Part shown: one piece after another, positions 58,684 to 64,000 of the stretch
How the letters are laid out: each line of letters opens with the position of its first letter
Numbering within the stretch: the first letter of the stretch is position 1
Origin: the human T2T-CHM13v2.0 reference genome, Homo sapiens
Reading direction: 5' to 3' (one strand)
NCBI RefSeq assembly: GCF_009914755.1
Contig: NC_060932.1
Length of the DNA stretch: 64,000 nucleotides
Translations under genes and position numbers: made by a program
Notes under the pieces: generated by a model
Seen by the model: only the letters and a program-made list of their open reading frames with translations
The model's database searches: none
Told to the model about the DNA's origin: nothing

Positions 58684-59138
58684 CTAAGGACAATTAGTTT
58701 GCTAAACACCCATAAAAATAATGAATCAAGCTAATGCTGAGACATGCAACCAAGTAAACAAAATAACATTTCATAAACATGTTCTTCTACTATGGATCAC
58801 TCCCAAAAAAAAAAAACTCTAAAAATTTCTGTTTTGAAATACCAAAAGAGAGAAAACTCCCTCAAATCCTCAAATCCCACATTCTTTTTCAGTTACTGCC
58901 CATTTCTCTATTGCCTTTCTCAGTAAAGTTCCTCTCAAGAGTTGTCTACGTTCATCTACTACAGAGTTCCATGGCTACCATTTATTGACACTGCTCCTAG
59001 TCAAAGTCACTAATCCTTATTGTAATCAATCTTTCAACAGCATTGATATAGTTGAGTACTCTCCAGCTTTGAGAGACTACATTATTCTATTTCCAAAAAT
59101 AAAAGTAATCAGTGTTAACATTCCTTCCCGGAGATTTC

Positions 59139-59523
59139 TTTCTTTTTTTTTTTTTTTTTTTTTTTTCCAGACGAAGTTCTGTTCTTGTTGCCCAGGCTGG
59201 AGTGCAATGGTGTGATCTCAGCTCACCACAACCTCCACCTCCCAGGTTGAAGCAATTCTCCTGCCTCAGCCTCCCAAGTAGCAATGGCGCAATCCCAGCT
59301 CACCACAACCTCCGCCTCCTGGGTTCGAGCAATTCTGCCTCAGCCTCCCGAGTAGCTGGGATTACAGGCATGTGCCACCATGTCTGGCAAATTTTGTATT
59401 TTTAGTAGAGATGGGGTTTCACCATATCGATGAGGCTGGTCTCAAACTCCAGACCTCAGGTGATCTGCCTGTCTCGGGCTCCCAAAGTGCTGGGATTACA
59501 GGTGTGAGCCACCGCGCCTGGCC
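59139..59523 (-). mobile_element. AluSp/Sq-like with an internal ~77-bp duplication
   Basis: Right-arm segment repeated at 59204-59280 and 59281-59355. Confidence 0.92.
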
Positions 59524-59527
59524 TACC

Positions 59528-60363
59528 TTTTTTTTTTTTTTAAGTTCTGGGATACATGTGCAAAACGTGCAGGTTTGTTACATAGGTATACATGTGCCAT
59601 GGTGATTTGCTGCGCCTATCAACACATCATCTAGGTTTTAAGTCCCACATACATTAAGTATTTTTCCTGTTATCCCTCACCTTGCCCGACAGACCCCAGT
59701 GTGTGAAGTTCCCTCCCTGTGTCCATGTGTTATTGTTCAACTCCCACTAATGAGTGAGAACATGCAGTGTTTGGTTTTCTGTTCCTGTGTTAGTTTGCTG
59801 AGAATGATATTTCCAGCTGCCTCCATGTCCCAGCAAAGGACATGAACTCATCCTTTTTTGTGGCTGCATAGTACTCCATGGTGTAAATGTGCCACATTTT
59901 CTTTATCCAGTCTATCATTGATGGGCATTTGGGTTGGTTCCAAGTCTCTGCTATTGTAAATAGTGCTGCAATAAACATATGTGTGCATGTGTCTTTACAG
60001 CAGAATGATTTATAATCTTTTGGGTATTTACCATGTAATGGGATTGCTGGGTCAAATGTTATTTCTGGTTCTAGATCCCTGAGGAGTTGCCACACTGTCT
60101 TCCACAATGGTTGAACTAGTTTACGTTCCCACTAACAGTGTAAAACCATTCCTATTTCTCAACATCCTCTCCAGCATCTGTTGTTTCCTGACTTTTTAAT
60201 GATCGCCATTCTAACTGGCATGAGATGGTATCTCATTGTGGTTTTGATTTGCATTTCTCTAATGACCAGTGATAATGAACTTTTTTTCATATGTTTGTTG
60301 GCTGTGTAAATGTCTTCTTTTGAGAAGTGTCTGTTCATATCCTTTGCCCACTTTTTGATGGGG
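59528..60363 (-). mobile_element. 5'-truncated L1PA (about L1PA7) 3' end
   Basis: ORF2 C-terminus (59790..60107) and 3'UTR. Confidence 0.93.
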
Positions 60364-61206
60364 TATTCCTAGAGATTTCTTATAAAGGACTTGTAAATTT
60401 TACCTTCTTTCATCCTCATCTATTTCACTTAAACTGCTGTCATCATTTATTTGTAGCAGACCGTGAGTTAGTAAATTGACCTTCTCAAACATGGGTGTAA
60501 TCACAGATTATTTTGAGGTCCGTTTTTTATTTTCATGTTTCTTTACTTTCTTCACATGCAAGGCAAACCACTATTTTAAAAAATCTATAAAAAGCCAATG
60601 TTTTCCAATAACCCTATTGACAATGAACAAAAAAAAAATTTTGTAAAACTCCAACTCTTCTCCATCTCAATCCACTTATTAATTTAAAAAATGGTTATAA
60701 AGTGCAAACAACATAAAAGGAAATGTGCATTCCCTGCTTCAAAAACAAGGTAATATACAATTATGATACAATGTGTTATGTAAAAGTTGATATATAAAAA
60801 GTTATATTTTAGCACAGGGAAGGCTTTAGAGAAGAGGTAAAATATAAGAGGAGCCCAATTAGGAAAAATCATTAAGAGAAAACCATTCTAGTTAAAAAAC
60901 AGAATGTGAGCACAAAGATTAAGCATACGAAGTCTAGATGCTTACTAAAAACTTGAAAGGAAAAGTGTAAAATACTTGGAAGCTAAGAATAGATGAATGC
61001 TACACGGATTTGAATGCTACATTAAAAAGCTGGAGTCCACTGAATACAGGCAATGACTGTTAAACATGAAAATCATAATTAGATTTGAGCTATATTTCTG
61101 TTTCTATTATTCACTATAATAATGTTTACCTTTAAATGAAGTTTTGAAAATAGCTGTGGCACATGTAACATGAAAGATTAAGTCAGGAAAATGTCCTGAG
61201 AGAGAG

Positions 61207-62410
61207 TGTATTAGTCCACTTTCACACTGCTAAAAAGAAATACTGAAGACCGGGTAATTCATAAAGGCTAAGCTGCACCTTGGCCCCTTTTAGCCACAGC
61301 TGGACCTGTAGCAGCTGAACACAGGGCACCAAGTCCTGAGGCTGCACACAGTAGCAGGGCCCTGGGTCCAACCCATGAAACCACTTGTTCCTTCTAGGCC
61401 TCTGGGTCTATGATGGGGGTGGCTGCCATGAAGATCTCTGACATGCCCTGGAGATACTTTCCCCAGGCCAGCTTGCATTCCTCCCCAGAAAATGGGCTGT
61501 TTTTCTTTTCTACCCCATGGTCAGGCTACAAATTTTCCAAATTTATGCCCTGCTTCCTTTTTAAACATAAGTTCCAACTTAAAACCATCTCTTTGTGAAT
61601 GCATAAAGCTGAATGCTTTCAGAATCAACCAGGTCACCACTTGGAATGCTTTGCTGCTTAGAAATTTCTTCCACCAGATACCTGAAATCATCTCTCTCAA
61701 GTTCAAAGTTTCACAGATTTCTACGGAAGGGGCAAAATGTCGTGAGTCTCTTTACTAAAACATAGCAAGAGTCACCTTTGTTCCAGTTCCCAAAAAGCTC
61801 CTTATCTCTATCTAAGACCACCTCAGCCTGGACTTCATTGTCCCTATCACTATCAACATTTTGGTAAAAAAAAAAAAAAAAAACCATTCAACAAGTCTGT
61901 AGGAAGTTCCAAACTTTCCCGCGTCTTCCTGTCTTCTTTTGAGCCCTCCAAACTGTTACAACCTCTTTCTGTTACTCAGTTCCATAGTTGCTTCAACATT
62001 TTCAGGTTATCTTTATAGCAGTATCCCACTATCCCTGGTACCAATTCTTTGTATTAGTCTGTTTTCACACTGCTATAAAGAAATACCTGAGACTGGGTAA
62101 TTCACAAAGGAAAGAGGCTTAATTGATTCACAGTTACACATGGCTGAGGAGGCCTCAGGAAATGTACAATCATGGCTGAAGGGGAAGGGGAAGCAGGCAC
62201 CTTCTTCACAAGGTAGCAGGAGAGAGATAAGTGAAGGGGAAAGAGCCCCTTATGAAACCATCAGCTCTTGTGAGAACTTCCTACCACGAGAACAGCATGG
62301 GGGAAACTGACCCCATGATCCAATCACCTCCCACCAGGTCTTTCTCTCAACACCCGGAAATTACCATTTGACATGAGATTTGGGTGGGGACACAAAGCGA
62401 AACTATATTG
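61207..62410 (-). mobile_element. THE1D/MST-type MaLR: 5' LTR (62050-62410), partial internal sequence and ~60-bp 3' LTR remnant
   Basis: tgtattagtc..ttcacactgcta.aaagaaata occurs at both 61207 and 62050, with THE1-int-like sequence between. Confidence 0.85.
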
Positions 62411-63387
62411 GGGGGTATCCTTAGAAATATCTAATTTCTAAATTTCACTATTTATATTTCAAAAATAGCAGTTTTTGATTAGTTATGATTTTGTTGGAAA
62501 ATAAAATGATCTGGTAAATTTTCTTCATTTAGCCTAGTATTTAGTCAAAATATAAAAAGCCGGATTTGCCAGCAGAAAATTGTAATTACTTTTTAATGAG
62601 GTAAACATGCATAAGAATATTACTATTATTGTACAGAGAAGAGAGTAAACAAGAAAAGGAATTTAAAAAGAGAGAATATCAGTACCATATACATACATGA
62701 ACTGACAAAGAGACTAAATTCTCCCACTGGAAATTATTTTAGGACTTGAGTAAAAACTTCTAAAAATACCAAAAACAGAAACAAAACACTTGTTTTTAAG
62801 ATATAAATTATGCAGAGAACTCTTCTGGTTAAGACAAGATTATATATCAAAAAAAAGAAGACCTTCCTGAGAGCTTTCATTAACCAATTCAACTTGACCA
62901 AAACTTTAAAATTAAGTCTACAATTCTGGAATATAAAATACTTTCATTTTGAAAACAGTTAATGGAAGGCAACTTTTAAATAGAAAATTTCTGGTTAAAG
63001 TTGACTCAAACTCAGGAAAAAACTGACTTGTAGCCATGGTAACAAGAAGCCACTCAAAGGTTCATAATCCCTTGGAAAGAATTTGTAAGTCCATTAAATT
63101 TGCCACTCAAAATTTTTTAGATAAAATACCAGTAAAATTTGCAATTCCTCTGACTCATTTTGCCATAATTACAATTATCATGATTACCAGTAAAAGAATA
63201 AATAGTGAATAACCACAATATTGGGCTTTTCTCCCTAAATGAAGGAATATTAATATAAAGAATGTAGCTCATTATAAAGAGCCAAAAGAATAAAAAAATG
63301 CATATAATTACCAGGCAAAATTGTTAGAATGAACCATGTCAAACATTTTTTAAGTGAGAATCAATCAAACAATATACCCAGGATAAA

Positions 63388-64000
<613 letters not shown>

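Overview
This is repeat-dense primate genomic DNA, most likely human: it contains an AluYb8-type element with the diagnostic 7-nt insertion. There is no intact protein-coding gene. The only host-gene sequence is six minus-strand exons (56947-56977, 56186-56327, 46754-46965, 37175-37358, 36508-36636, 35017-35580) from the coiled-coil 3' half of an ANKRD26-derived, POTEA-like gene. This copy appears disabled by nonsense codons, a GT>AT donor mutation and two same-strand L1s joined directly to exons. The rest is nested transposon sequence: old and young L1s (two near full length), about 17 Alus, MER4-group ERV1 sequence containing a complete MER57-type provirus with an env remnant and a 7SK retrocopy, MER1A/MER2/MER58/MER82 DNA transposon fossils, MaLR LTRs, L2 and MIR. 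I found no new biological system. The notable points are the gene-L1 fusions and several rearrangement and retrotransposition scars. Family and subfamily names come from recalled consensus sequences and need checking against RepeatMasker/Dfam and BLAST.
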